Source: Candidatus Poribacteria bacterium
Lineage (GTDB): Bacteria; Poribacteria; WGA-4E; WGA-3G
Length of the DNA: 64,000 nucleotides
Assembly: GCA_965205015.1 (NCBI GenBank)
Contig: OZ242029.1
Location: forward strand, 1,664,001-1,728,000
Direction: 5' to 3'
Position 1 is the first letter of the stretch. Every line of letters begins with the position of its first letter. A model generated the notes under the pieces. It did not search any database, was not told where the DNA came from, and saw only the letters and a program-made list of their open reading frames with translations. The translations under genes were made by a program, and so were the position numbers. This document shows positions 49,843 to 59,643 of this stretch, one piece after another.

Positions 49843-51196
49843 TCATTTTCTCCATTAAGTAGGTATCAATATGTTCAAGCCGAGTAGCCGCGTGCTCGGA
49901 GATCCAATCAATTTCATCCCTGATTATCAAAATACGGTTACAGCGTTTCTTGATTTCAGAGAAACGCTCCCATATTTTCTCTGCGTTTTCAGGTATACTC
50001 AGGTCTTCAGGTTTACAATTAAGGCGGGCAAAAACACCGGTTCCATTATCTCCGAACAGATGCTTGAGAATTTTTACTTCTTCAGGATCGATCCCTTGGT
50101 CCTGCTCGTGCCTTTTAAGGGCATCCAGACACTTGAGGTCTTCACGAAAACTCTCACAACTGTCTCTTATATCTTTTGGGAGTTGGAAGAAGTCCTCAAT
50201 AAATGCTGCCGTCCGGGTATGCCAATCCGTAAGACCTTCATTAATTTCCTTCAGATGATGCTCGGCAGAAATGAATAGGGCCAAATACGGAGAAACTTGT
50301 TGGATTTGAGGACGAATGTCCGATTCTAACATCTCATGAAATTTTTCTTCCAGGGAGTCAAGAGCTGCTTTTATTTGTTTATCCATATTGGATTGTGAGC
50401 GATAAATGAAGTCCTTAATGTCCTGCTTTGACGCTTCCAAGTGATTGTCTAAATCCGAACGAAACCTTTCGTTCCCAATTGACCCCAGTTTTGCTACGAT
50501 GTCAGGTATGATTTTGTTGCTAATTTTTTTCACATCCCGAAAAATGTCATCCGTCTCATCACTTTTGGCGATGTAATTCAACTCTTCACGGAACGTTTTC
50601 TGTAGGTTCTGTAAGTCTATCTCTTTGGAATATACATCTGGAAGTCCTTCTGGTTGGTCCATTTGGGTATCGGCCTCAAGGTGTACATCTTGCCCCATGA
50701 TCCGAGCGAGATCGGGATCTGCTTTCATCCGTGCAACGAAACTGCTGTCTTCTTTCCAGACTTTCATTTGATCTCTAAGGGTCGAACCTATTTTCCGCAT
50801 GCAATTCTGTTCTGTAGGATTCATGTCGAACGAATGACTACCTAATGTGTATAGACACAACGTATTCAAAGCATCAATGAGGTAAACGAGAGGCTGCTCC
50901 GAAGCGGTAAGCAAGTTTCTGGCTCTGAGTCGCTGGATGAGAGCATCGATGCTTTCGCTGTGCTTTGCTACATTTTCGGAGATTTTGTGCCAATCGGCGA
51001 TGAGATCCCCACACGGAGGTTCCTCGCCTGTGAGTGCCTCCACTAATTTATTCAGATTTTCTTCCCCTTTATGTATATATATACAGGCTCGTATTGTGGG
51101 AGCCCAAACGGGAAGGGAACGGGCACACTCACGAAGCCTGGCCCTAAAGGTTTTGTACTCAAAAATTACAAGATCGTTGTTTTCGTTCGACATCAT
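49835..51196 (-). CDS. helical protein homologous to the IniC-like tail, no visible P-loop
   Basis: EDLKCLDAL...KHLFGDNGTGVFARL...EHAATRL aligns with EDIRCLNLL...QRLFGQNGTSVSRRL...DHATLRL of 28828. Confidence 0.7.
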   Translation of the reverse strand: MMSNENNDLVIFEYKTFRARLRECARSLPVWAPTIRACIYIHKGEENLNKLVEALTGEEPPCGDLIADWHKISENVAKHSESIDALIQRLRARNLLTASEQPLVYLIDALNTLCLYTLGSHSFDMNPTEQNCMRKIGSTLRDQMKVWKEDSSFVARMKADPDLARIMGQDVHLEADTQMDQPEGLPDVYSKEIDLQNLQKTFREELNYIAKSDETDDIFRDVKKISNKIIPDIVAKLGSIGNERFRSDLDNHLEASKQDIKDFIYRSQSNMDKQIKAALDSLEEKFHEMLESDIRPQIQQVSPYLALFISAEHHLKEINEGLTDWHTRTAAFIEDFFQLPKDIRDSCESFREDLKCLDALKRHEQDQGIDPEEVKILKHLFGDNGTGVFARLNCKPEDLSIPENAEKIWERFSEIKKRCNRILIIRDEIDWISEHAATRLEHIDTYLMEKMNA

Positions 51197-51201
51197 TCAC
51201 C

Positions 51202-52872
51202 TCACGGATGTACAGAAGGGATCGCTTGCATACTTACGGACGCTATTGACGTGCGATTTTCGCTAATTTTTTCTAATAGAGAATCCTCGGTAATTGCCTT
51301 GATTGTCGGATAAAAGTTATTTAGGGTTACCCGCTTTCGCTCAGCTTTGCGAATCTCTTTAAAGATATCTTGCAAAGCATCTTGAGAGAAATGTATAATC
51401 TCCTCACAGTCCATTCTTATTGTCTGTGCTATATAGTAATTGAACGGTCTCATATTTTTTTCACTTTCAGCAAGCATCTCGTTCTGTTGCTGCTTTTTCC
51501 GATCTTCGGAACTAGCCCACGTGTTCACAGCTATGATCACAGCAGCAATAGTAATACCAGCAACAATTGCCCATCCAACCGGATTTGATGCTAGGCCTGC
51601 TATTGCGGCACCTATGAAGTAACCTGGAAGGATTCCAGAGGGGAGTATTCGTAGGTATTGACTTATTGCGTTTGTCCTAAAAAGATACAAACTAAAGTCA
51701 CTCATTACTTGGAGTTCTATTTTTCGATTCAAAGGAATAGGCGACCTATAAGAGATGCCACCAAATTCAGAGATTCTCTCACTCAATTCGCGGCTGATGT
51801 CCCGAAGATATTTCGCTATTATATCCTCCAAATATCTCGTCCAGTCTTCAAGGAGTTCCTTTGTGTTGGATTCAAGCAGTCTGGATACGTCTGATTCTGT
51901 TTTAATTTTACCTTCAGAAAGCAGCTGAGCGATTCGTTTCATCTCAGCGCGAATATCACTGGAATAATTTGCTTCAATAGGAAAGTCTCGAACGATTTCG
52001 TCAATAAACCTTTTGTTAATCCGATCAACTGCCTTGGTCGTTTGATTTTCAATCTCCTGTAGATCACGCTGAAATCTGTCGAGTGTGGTAAGCGACTCTA
52101 AATACCCTTCTACTCTCGTTTCAAATTGCCGGTAATATTGAAGCATGTAGTTTCGGATTTTCCGGAGCAGCAAGCCACGCCATTTTTCAGAAGTATCCAC
52201 AGCGAAGTACCGGGCGATCTCCCTACTTTTGGGTGATGAAAGGTAAGGAATATCCAATTTTTTCTTAACAGCCAATATATCAGCAATCGTGTTTAAATTA
52301 TCGAGAGTATCTTCTTTGTCTCCCTGTCCTTTCGCGCCTTGCACGAGAAAGAGAAAATCGCTGTCAACCAGATACTTGATTTCATTTAAACACCTTTTTT
52401 CGGCCTGATTTATCTTATTCCCGGAAATTAAAAAAACGACCGCCTCTGTGTGCCATTCTCCCATACCCATAATCTGATTGACATCACGCCAGTTGCTAAA
52501 GCTCGGTGTGTTAAGGAAGACGAACCGGATGCCATCTGCTTTCTCGCGATAAGCGTAGTACTCAATGCCTGATGCAACTCCAAGAAAATTTTCAACTTGA
52601 AGGGGGACAGCCTGCGGGAAAGCATCCTCAATGAATTTGCGTTTTTCGGAGGCAGAGGCCTCACCGACGACGGTAATCCGGATGCCCTTCCTATAAACAT
52701 CTTCTAAAGTTTCTGCACTTTCGGTGGGATGCCTGCAGTAGCGCAGGCGGTGTTCCAAGTCGCTGATTATTTCGTACGCTTCAAATTCTCGAAGGTCTCG
52801 AGCAATGTCACGAAAATTATCAAAGTGATCTAACCAAAAAGATTGACCTGAACCATCCTGTTTTTCATCCAT
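51202..52872 (-). CDS. degenerate IniA-like dynamin with a glycine-rich membrane hairpin
   Basis: ITVVGEASASEK (eroded P-loop), FLNTPSF, INQAEKRCL, GAAIAGLASNPVGWAIVAGITIAAVII. Confidence 0.65.
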   Translation of the reverse strand: MDEKQDGSGQSFWLDHFDNFRDIARDLREFEAYEIISDLEHRLRYCRHPTESAETLEDVYRKGIRITVVGEASASEKRKFIEDAFPQAVPLQVENFLGVASGIEYYAYREKADGIRFVFLNTPSFSNWRDVNQIMGMGEWHTEAVVFLISGNKINQAEKRCLNEIKYLVDSDFLFLVQGAKGQGDKEDTLDNLNTIADILAVKKKLDIPYLSSPKSREIARYFAVDTSEKWRGLLLRKIRNYMLQYYRQFETRVEGYLESLTTLDRFQRDLQEIENQTTKAVDRINKRFIDEIVRDFPIEANYSSDIRAEMKRIAQLLSEGKIKTESDVSRLLESNTKELLEDWTRYLEDIIAKYLRDISRELSERISEFGGISYRSPIPLNRKIELQVMSDFSLYLFRTNAISQYLRILPSGILPGYFIGAAIAGLASNPVGWAIVAGITIAAVIIAVNTWASSEDRKKQQQNEMLAESEKNMRPFNYYIAQTIRMDCEEIIHFSQDALQDIFKEIRKAERKRVTLNNFYPTIKAITEDSLLEKISENRTSIASVSMQAIPSVHP

Positions 52873-53019
52873 GTCTATTCCCTTCTGTTGCAAGAGTGGA
52901 CCGACTCTCCCTCTATCCATAACATCCACAGTAGATAGAATAGATGAAGAGTCGGAAGATTTTTCAGTCAGCGTTGTTCTGTTCAGAAACAGGAAACGCT
53001 TTGCGTAAACGATAGAGAC

Positions 53020-54750
53020 TTAGGAGCCTGAGACATCTGCGTCTCCATCATTCTGACCCTCAACACCAGGCGACACCCGGGAGGCGGAATTCGCATTGTT
53101 GTCTGGGACATACCCCGCGGATGGGACTTCAGCGGTGGACTCCGATATTTCCTCTACATTATTCTTAGATGGGTTGCCTTCATCGGATTTAGCACTCAGG
53201 GCATTGTTCAGAGTCGCATCGGTCATGGCACCCTCAGATCCATCTACCCTATCAGTTTCATCCGGTTCGCTTTCGCTCTCTGGAGGTGAATACGCATTAA
53301 ACAGGCGGGTGAGTTCCACGTCATCTTCACCCAATTCACCTCCCATGGAGGTTTGCGAAATATCACCCGTTGCTGGGGTGCTTTCGGAAACTTCTGCATT
53401 CGGTTCTTCACGCGCCGTGCTCGGGGGACTCTCCCGGGTAAATATCACCTCTTGGCCTCTCATAGCTTCCTGAAATTGCTCAAGATCATACGCTATGTGG
53501 TTACCGTTGGGTCTCCCGAGATTATCTCGGACACCGGTATCAATTACGGTAACTGTGCCTTTCTCCCAGTCTATATCCACGAGCTGAACCACGTGACCGC
53601 CTTCCTGACCATCCCATGGCGCAAGGGGTTTCACGTTCAAGCCGACCATCACTAGCTTACCTTCGGCAAGTTTCGCCGCAGCACCTTCAAGGGTAGCATC
53701 GTAGTCGATATCGACCGGAATCCCCAGATCTTCCAGTGTGAGCGTCAATTGTAAAGGATACGTACCAATGGGTGTGTAGGGACAGTACTTCGCAACAATC
53801 AAGTCTACACACTTACCATATAACAAGTCTATGGATGGCAATCTTCCCTCAAGGAGTGCGTGTAGCGTGATAACACCCTCCGGAGCATGTCTCCCGAATT
53901 GGGCAGCGATAACTTTTGAAAGTGCCTGCACACAATTATCACCCAAATCCTGAGGATCGAAAGCTTCACGCGGTGTGTGGGGGGGACCAGGCGTGACTTC
54001 TTGTTTAAGGGCTTCTATAATATCGTGAGGGTCAAGATCAAATTCCCGAATCTTAGAGACGATCTCACGGATTTCTGCAGCGTTGGTTCCATCTGAAACC
54101 GCGTCTATAATCTCACGTATGATTGAGTCATCGCTAACAGCACCAGAAGCACTGTTGGAAATGCTGCTTTCAGCGGAAACATTAGCAGCATCTAACTCGC
54201 GGAACTGATCGAAGATACGTTCAACTGCGGCTAATTCGTCTGTGAGGCTCCTATCAACTTCGGCTAATTGTTCAGAGTAACCATTGACATATTGCTGGAC
54301 CTTAGTTTGGATTTCCTCATCCGTGAGACCTTCAAGATTCCAAAAGGATGCCGGATCCTCGCGAAAGAGACCAGCATTAGATTCAGCGAAGCTAGGCAAA
54401 TCGGATGAGAATGCCTCGATTTCCTGGAATTCGGAGAGGATTTCCTTTAAGTCCTCGGACACGTTGGCAGTATCGATCCGATCCGACAGATAATTTTCCC
54501 AGTAATTCTCTTGGCGAACATCAACATCAGACCTCATCAAATCAAGCAAGGACTTCTTATCTTCTGTCCCGTTCAATTCGATCCGCCTTGACAGCCGTTC
54601 CATCTCACTTTTAACGAGTGCCTCTACCTCTGTAGGCAATAGATTCGGATGGAACTTCTCGACGAATTGCTTGAACTCTTCATTACGCGACAAATGCTTA
54701 GACAGTATGATCGCTCCACGATGCACAAGACGTGCAGTTACTGCGTTCAT
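53020..54750 (-). CDS. C39/papain-like cysteine peptidase with a helical N-terminus and acidic tail
   Basis: QDLGDNCVQA, GGHVVQL, VIDTG. Same operon position as 34355. Confidence 0.75.
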   Translation of the reverse strand: MNAVTARLVHRGAIILSKHLSRNEEFKQFVEKFHPNLLPTEVEALVKSEMERLSRRIELNGTEDKKSLLDLMRSDVDVRQENYWENYLSDRIDTANVSEDLKEILSEFQEIEAFSSDLPSFAESNAGLFREDPASFWNLEGLTDEEIQTKVQQYVNGYSEQLAEVDRSLTDELAAVERIFDQFRELDAANVSAESSISNSASGAVSDDSIIREIIDAVSDGTNAAEIREIVSKIREFDLDPHDIIEALKQEVTPGPPHTPREAFDPQDLGDNCVQALSKVIAAQFGRHAPEGVITLHALLEGRLPSIDLLYGKCVDLIVAKYCPYTPIGTYPLQLTLTLEDLGIPVDIDYDATLEGAAAKLAEGKLVMVGLNVKPLAPWDGQEGGHVVQLVDIDWEKGTVTVIDTGVRDNLGRPNGNHIAYDLEQFQEAMRGQEVIFTRESPPSTAREEPNAEVSESTPATGDISQTSMGGELGEDDVELTRLFNAYSPPESESEPDETDRVDGSEGAMTDATLNNALSAKSDEGNPSKNNVEEISESTAEVPSAGYVPDNNANSASRVSPGVEGQNDGDADVSGS

Positions 54751-54924
54751 TTTTACGCCTCCCTTTGACGGGTATCAAGGTATTTATATACCTGCTAAAA
54801 CCCATCGTGATAAAGAGATACCCAAAACGGGTTCGTTTAGTATACCGGTTTTTAAATTTAATGTCAAAAAAATGCTAATATCTTCTCATTTACCACCATT
54901 CTAACAGTGAACTCTCTGAATAAT

Positions 54925-55185
54925 TTACTCGGAACGTTGGGAGAGTTTGGTAGCCGCGCAGAGAAGTCCGCACACAGCGACGCCTCCTACAATACCGAGA
55001 CCAATCGGACCCAGTCCGGTCGCCGCAACTAACGCACCCGCTTTCCCAAAGACCGCCCCTATGCCGCCACCGATACCGGCTCCTGTGGCAGTTAAACCCA
55101 CACCCACATTGGCAGCAGTGGCCCCAGTAGCGGCAATCCCTGCCCCGGCTTTTGTTCCAAAACATGCTGAAGCACGATAACTCAT
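54925..55185 (-). CDS. small glycine-zipper membrane peptide
   Basis: AGGAGG RBS, GAGIGGGIGAVFG...GLGPIGLGIVGGVAVCG. Confidence 0.65.
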   Translation of the reverse strand: MSYRASACFGTKAGAGIAATGATAANVGVGLTATGAGIGGGIGAVFGKAGALVAATGLGPIGLGIVGGVAVCGLLCAATKLSQRSE

Positions 55186-55504
55186 TTCTTTCTAACCTCC
55201 TATTTTGGGCATTCGCAATAAATGGCTCTCCGACGGTTCCATTTTCATAAATTGTCCAAATTTGATACGACTTACGCGGGGTGCTCTTTTGTAACATAAC
55301 CTGTTAGATTGTACCACAGATCACCTATGTTTTTTATACGATCCCTTTCTCATCACACGGGCGATGCTCAAAATTGCGTAAGTCCTACTTGAGTATTTCT
55401 TTAATATTTAAAAGTTGACCGAATTCAATGCGGCCATGCAAACCTGATTTTTATCTCGATATCTGCAATTGGGACGATTTAAGCGCAGAATACCGCAGTG
55501 GAGA

Positions 55505-55836
55505 TGGAGGTGGCGGGACTCGAACCCGCGTCCGAAGATATTTCAATAGAGGTGTCTACATGCTTATCACAGGTTTCAGATTCGCCTATCAGACTCCCCT
55601 GTGCGGGATTTGTAAAGAATAGACTATCTCAAAAGGTGTTTCACAGCACGCCCCTTGAGAATGGGCGAACGGCTAGCCTGTATGGTAACGCATACGCTTT
55701 CCTGACAGGCGAGAGGATTAAGAAGCGAATGCGATTTTTGAGTGTTGTTTGAATGTTCCGCCTATTTAACGAGGCCTGCGGAGACCTCGGCATGCAACCT
55801 ATATCTTATTACCTTCGTCGAAACCTTAACACCCCC
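55505..55836 (-). ncRNA. ssrA: tmRNA, copy 1
   Basis: 5' GGGGGUGUUAAGGUUUCGAC, 3' GCGGGUUCGAGUCCCGCCACCUCCA with a G3-U alanine acceptor, PK1 (GAGG/CCUC, CCGC/GCGG), ORF ending IAFAS*. Confidence 0.9.
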
Positions 55837-55860
55837 GGATTGTAATTTCAGCCGTATCAC

Positions 55861-57273
55861 TTAGTTATTATAATCAGTTCTTATATATGAGGGGATCCTG
55901 AGGTTTTCCTTCGCTGCCCATCTTTCTAAAATACTTTTCTCTTCCTGGGTTGGAAACCGGTTGAATCTGCCACGGACTTGCGTGATCCGTCTTGAGGGAA
56001 GTTCCACCTCAATTGTCACAGCTTTTTTCCAAACGGTTTCTCCTTCGTCTTTAATCGCCATTGCCCACATGGATATCTCGCCTGCTATACAGAAGGACAA
56101 GTAAGTTGAAGCGCAATGCCCCATCGCTTTCCCTTCGGCATAAAGTTCCTTCTTGTTGGTCAGTTCCATAATATCCCAGATGCGATGCTCTTGTTGGAAA
56201 CGAAATCCGCCGATACCTGAACCTGCCCATCTACCCGGGGTCCCTTTCTTTTCTTTTTTTTCTCCTGCTCTATGAAGTTCTTGATACCATGCTTCAACTT
56301 GGCGGAGTAAAGTCTCAGGCGTTCTACCGTTCATGCTGAAGTTGGGACGTGCTGGGGGTTGACCAATGTATTTTTGGTGCTGAATGTAATCAATAATCGG
56401 ATTGGCATGACGGGGGTTCAACATCGGGTTGAGAAGAAAAAAGCGAATGACACTGATCCAGAAATCATCTTCGACGAACCAAAAGTCCCGAGGGTTGGTA
56501 TCGTGGGTGTTAAGAGCGCGAACCAGGTATGTTCCCCGAAGTGCTTCCGCCAACTGTCTGTTGCCACCGAGGGCGTGGACTTGTCCCCACCGGAGTGCCT
56601 CGGCAACGGTGTAATCTTCGGGAGCTGTCAGAAAGTGGTGCGCCATCTTTTTGGTGAGCATGAAAGGCAATCCGGATGCGGTTCGGATATTCCTGCCCCC
56701 ACCGATGTGTTTAAACCAGTTCTGATGTGTTGGGTTTCCATCAAGCCACACACTATCCATAAAGCGCGGAACATCATAAGCGGCAAACAAGTGGCGAGTG
56801 AGTTTGGAAAACTGTTCACCTCGGTCATCCGTTTCGGCATGCCACGTTTCAAGGGGGCGAATCCAACTGCCGTTATCTTCCGCAAGGGCGATGAGTCCCT
56901 GAATATAGGTGGTATCTTCTAACAACTCAGACTTATGGGCGATATCCACCAAGAATTCCAAAAGATCGTCGGCGGGCTCGCTCTCCTCAAATGCCCGCGT
57001 GACAGCTACATAGACGCGATAGTCTAATGTTGGCATTCCTAAACGCGCAAGGTTTTCGGTGTGGAGGTGTGTCTCGCCCTCCGCAAATCCGATCTCTCTG
57101 GATTTTCTGCGGCGTTGCCTACTCACTTTCTTTTTGTTGTAGCGACGTCTCTCTGGGCTAGTGAAATCATCCGATCCTCCGGGCTTACCATTCGCAAGTC
57201 CATAGTGACCGTAGTCCTTAATAAACCGGCGATGATTACCACCCCGGCGGCCATCTTTCTTAGAGCGTGACAT
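55861..57273 (-). CDS. PcfJ-domain protein with a basic N-terminus
   Basis: FSMNGRT..LLRQVEAW, ELTNKKELYAEGKAMGHCASTY, TIEV...QVRGRFNR. Confidence 0.8.
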   Translation of the reverse strand: MSRSKKDGRRGGNHRRFIKDYGHYGLANGKPGGSDDFTSPERRRYNKKKVSRQRRRKSREIGFAEGETHLHTENLARLGMPTLDYRVYVAVTRAFEESEPADDLLEFLVDIAHKSELLEDTTYIQGLIALAEDNGSWIRPLETWHAETDDRGEQFSKLTRHLFAAYDVPRFMDSVWLDGNPTHQNWFKHIGGGRNIRTASGLPFMLTKKMAHHFLTAPEDYTVAEALRWGQVHALGGNRQLAEALRGTYLVRALNTHDTNPRDFWFVEDDFWISVIRFFLLNPMLNPRHANPIIDYIQHQKYIGQPPARPNFSMNGRTPETLLRQVEAWYQELHRAGEKKEKKGTPGRWAGSGIGGFRFQQEHRIWDIMELTNKKELYAEGKAMGHCASTYLSFCIAGEISMWAMAIKDEGETVWKKAVTIEVELPSRRITQVRGRFNRFPTQEEKSILERWAAKENLRIPSYIRTDYNN

Positions 57274-57434
57274 AAAATCCTCCTCAATGCTTAAGCATTA
57301 CTCAGATTTGGGCAATTGTTGTAAGAATTGCAGAATAAGGATTAACCGAATCCATGCGGCCAAAATTGCAAACCTGATTTTTATCTCGATATCTGCAATT
57401 GGGACGATTTAAGCGCAGAATACCGCAGTGGAGA

Positions 57435-57766
57435 TGGAGGTGGCGGGACTCGAACCCGCGTCCGAAGATATTTCAATAGAGGTGTCTACATGCTTATCAC
57501 AGGTTTCAGATTCGCCTATCAGACTCCCCTGTGCGGGATTTGTAAAGAATAGACTATCTCAAAAGGTGTTTCACAGCACGCCCCTTGAGAATGGGCGAAC
57601 GGCTAGCCTGTATGGTAACGCATACGCTTCCCTGACAGGCGACAGGATTAAGAAGCGAATGCGATTTTTGAGTGTTGTTTGAATGTTCCGCCTATTTAAC
57701 GAGGCCTGCGGAGACCTCGGCATGCAACCTATATCTTATTACCTTCGTCGAAACCTTAACACCCCC
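57435..57766 (-). ncRNA. ssrA: tmRNA, copy 2
   Basis: Identical to copy 1 except at two positions seen (55700/57630 and 55713/57643). Confidence 0.9.
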
Positions 57767-57794
57767 GGATTGTAATTTCAGCCGTATCACTTAG

Positions 57795-59168
57795 TTATTG
57801 ACAATCAATTCTTATATATGAGGGAATCTCGAGGTTTTCCTTCGCTGCCCATCTTTCTAAAATACTTTTCTCTTCCTGGGTTGGAAGCCGGTTGGATCTG
57901 CCACGGACCTCCGTGATTTGTCTTGAGCGAGGATCCACCGCGATTGTCACAGCTTTTTTCCAAACGGTTTCTCCTTCGTCTTTAATCGCCATTGCCCAAA
58001 TGGATGTCTCGCCAGACATGCATAATCTCAAGTAAGTTCGAACGCAATGCCTCATATCCTTCCCTTCGGTATAGAGTTCGGCCTCGTTGGTGAGTTCCAT
58101 AATATCCCAAGTACGACTCCCTTGTTGGAAGCGGAATGCCCCGATCCCTGCACCTTTCCATCTACACCGCCTCATTTCTTTTTCGGCTGGTCGATAAAGT
58201 TCTTGATGCCATGCTTCCACCTCTCGGAGTAAAGCCTCAGGCGTTCTCCCTTTCATACTGAAGTTGGGGTGGGCAGGCTCGATATTCCTTTGCGGATCCC
58301 CGTATTTCTGGTGCCGAATGTAATCAATAATCGGACTGATGTGACGGGTATTCAACCTCGGGTTCTGAATAAAAAAGCGAATCACACTGATCCAGAAATC
58401 ATCTTCGACGAACCAAAAGTCCCGAGGGTCGGTATCGTTGGTGTCAAGAGCGCTGACAAGGTATGTTCCGCGAAGGGCTTCCGCCAAATGTCTGTTCCCC
58501 CCGAGCGCATGGACTTGTCCCCAACGGAGTGCCTCGTTAATGGTGTAATCTTCGGGCGCTGTCAGAAAGTGGTGTGCCATCTTTTTGGTGAGCACGAAAG
58601 GCAACCCGGCTGCCGTTCGAATGTTTTGACCGGCAGCGATATGTTTGAACCAACGCAGATGGACTGGGTTTCTATGAAACCCCACCCTATCCCTGTAGTA
58701 AAACCACGCCTTATCCATGAAGCGCGGTACGTCATAAGCAGCGAGCAGGTGTCGAAAAAGTTCGGAAAATTGATTGTGTCGGAAATGCGTTTCGACACAC
58801 CACGTTTCAATTGGGCGAATCCAACTCTCCTTGTCTTCGACGAGGTCGAAGATTCCCCAAATCCAACCCGCCCCGGAGTCATCGAAGTCGAAGATGTCCG
58901 TATAATATGTTAACAAGTAAGACTTATCGGCGATATTCTCCAGGAATTTCGAAAGGAACTCGACCGGGACGCGCTTGAGGGCACGCGTGATGTGTCCATG
59001 GAACCCCCATTCATAGAGGAACGATAATTCATCGGACTGGAAATGTTTCTCGACTGCCTCAAATTCAATTTGTTTTGATGTTCTGCGGCGGTCCCCGATC
59101 GCTTTCCTTTTCAGATTCAAAGATTTGTGTCCACCGCCACGGCGTCCGTCTTTTCTGGAGCGTGCCAT
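57795..59168 (-). CDS. PcfJ-domain protein, paralogue of 55861
   Basis: ELYTEGKDMRHCVRTY, EVRGRSNR. C-terminal half close to 55861, N-terminal third divergent. Confidence 0.8.
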   Translation of the reverse strand: MARSRKDGRRGGGHKSLNLKRKAIGDRRRTSKQIEFEAVEKHFQSDELSFLYEWGFHGHITRALKRVPVEFLSKFLENIADKSYLLTYYTDIFDFDDSGAGWIWGIFDLVEDKESWIRPIETWCVETHFRHNQFSELFRHLLAAYDVPRFMDKAWFYYRDRVGFHRNPVHLRWFKHIAAGQNIRTAAGLPFVLTKKMAHHFLTAPEDYTINEALRWGQVHALGGNRHLAEALRGTYLVSALDTNDTDPRDFWFVEDDFWISVIRFFIQNPRLNTRHISPIIDYIRHQKYGDPQRNIEPAHPNFSMKGRTPEALLREVEAWHQELYRPAEKEMRRCRWKGAGIGAFRFQQGSRTWDIMELTNEAELYTEGKDMRHCVRTYLRLCMSGETSIWAMAIKDEGETVWKKAVTIAVDPRSRQITEVRGRSNRLPTQEEKSILERWAAKENLEIPSYIRIDCQ

Positions 59169-59643
59169 AAAAACTTCCTCTTTTTAATCTCGTGAGACAT
59201 CTAGGTCAGGATTAAATTTTCATCTCGGATAATGTTTTGAATTTTGGTTCTCCTGGTTATATAGTATTCAGACAGTCTTTTAGACGATGCATATTGTTTG
59301 TAAATACGGAATAACACTTTGGTATCATCTTGAATCTCTTTTCTGATTCGTTTAATGTATAAGACGGAATGCCAGTCAGATTCCATCGCGAAAAATGAAG
59401 GAAGCCGCATAAATCCTGATTATGAATATATAATTAGGTAGCAAATTACGTGCCAACACTAAAGAAATCCTAAAATCACTGGATACCTATATCCGGTGAT
59501 TCAGGGGATGCTTTTCAACTCATCCCAAGTTACTTCCAAGTTGTTCATTGTGGTCATCCGTGTTGATGGATCAGTTCTCGGGGGTGGCACTGCTACGACC
59601 CTTATTTTACACGTCTTTCCAAAATGTATATGTTGGTAGGGAC

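Noticed and set aside
26445-55387. 14-bp inverted pair taggacttacgcaa (26445-26458) and ttgcgtaagtccta (55374-55387) as ends of a 29-kb transposon
   Set aside because: No transposase. The right copy has a nearer degenerate partner at about 55269, so these look like ends of small dispersed elements
55498-55752. 84-aa plus-strand ORF MEMEVAGLEPAS (also 57428-57682), or a tRNA call for this region
   Set aside because: It is the antisense of the tmRNA. The T-arm belongs to a 332-nt tmRNA, not a tRNA
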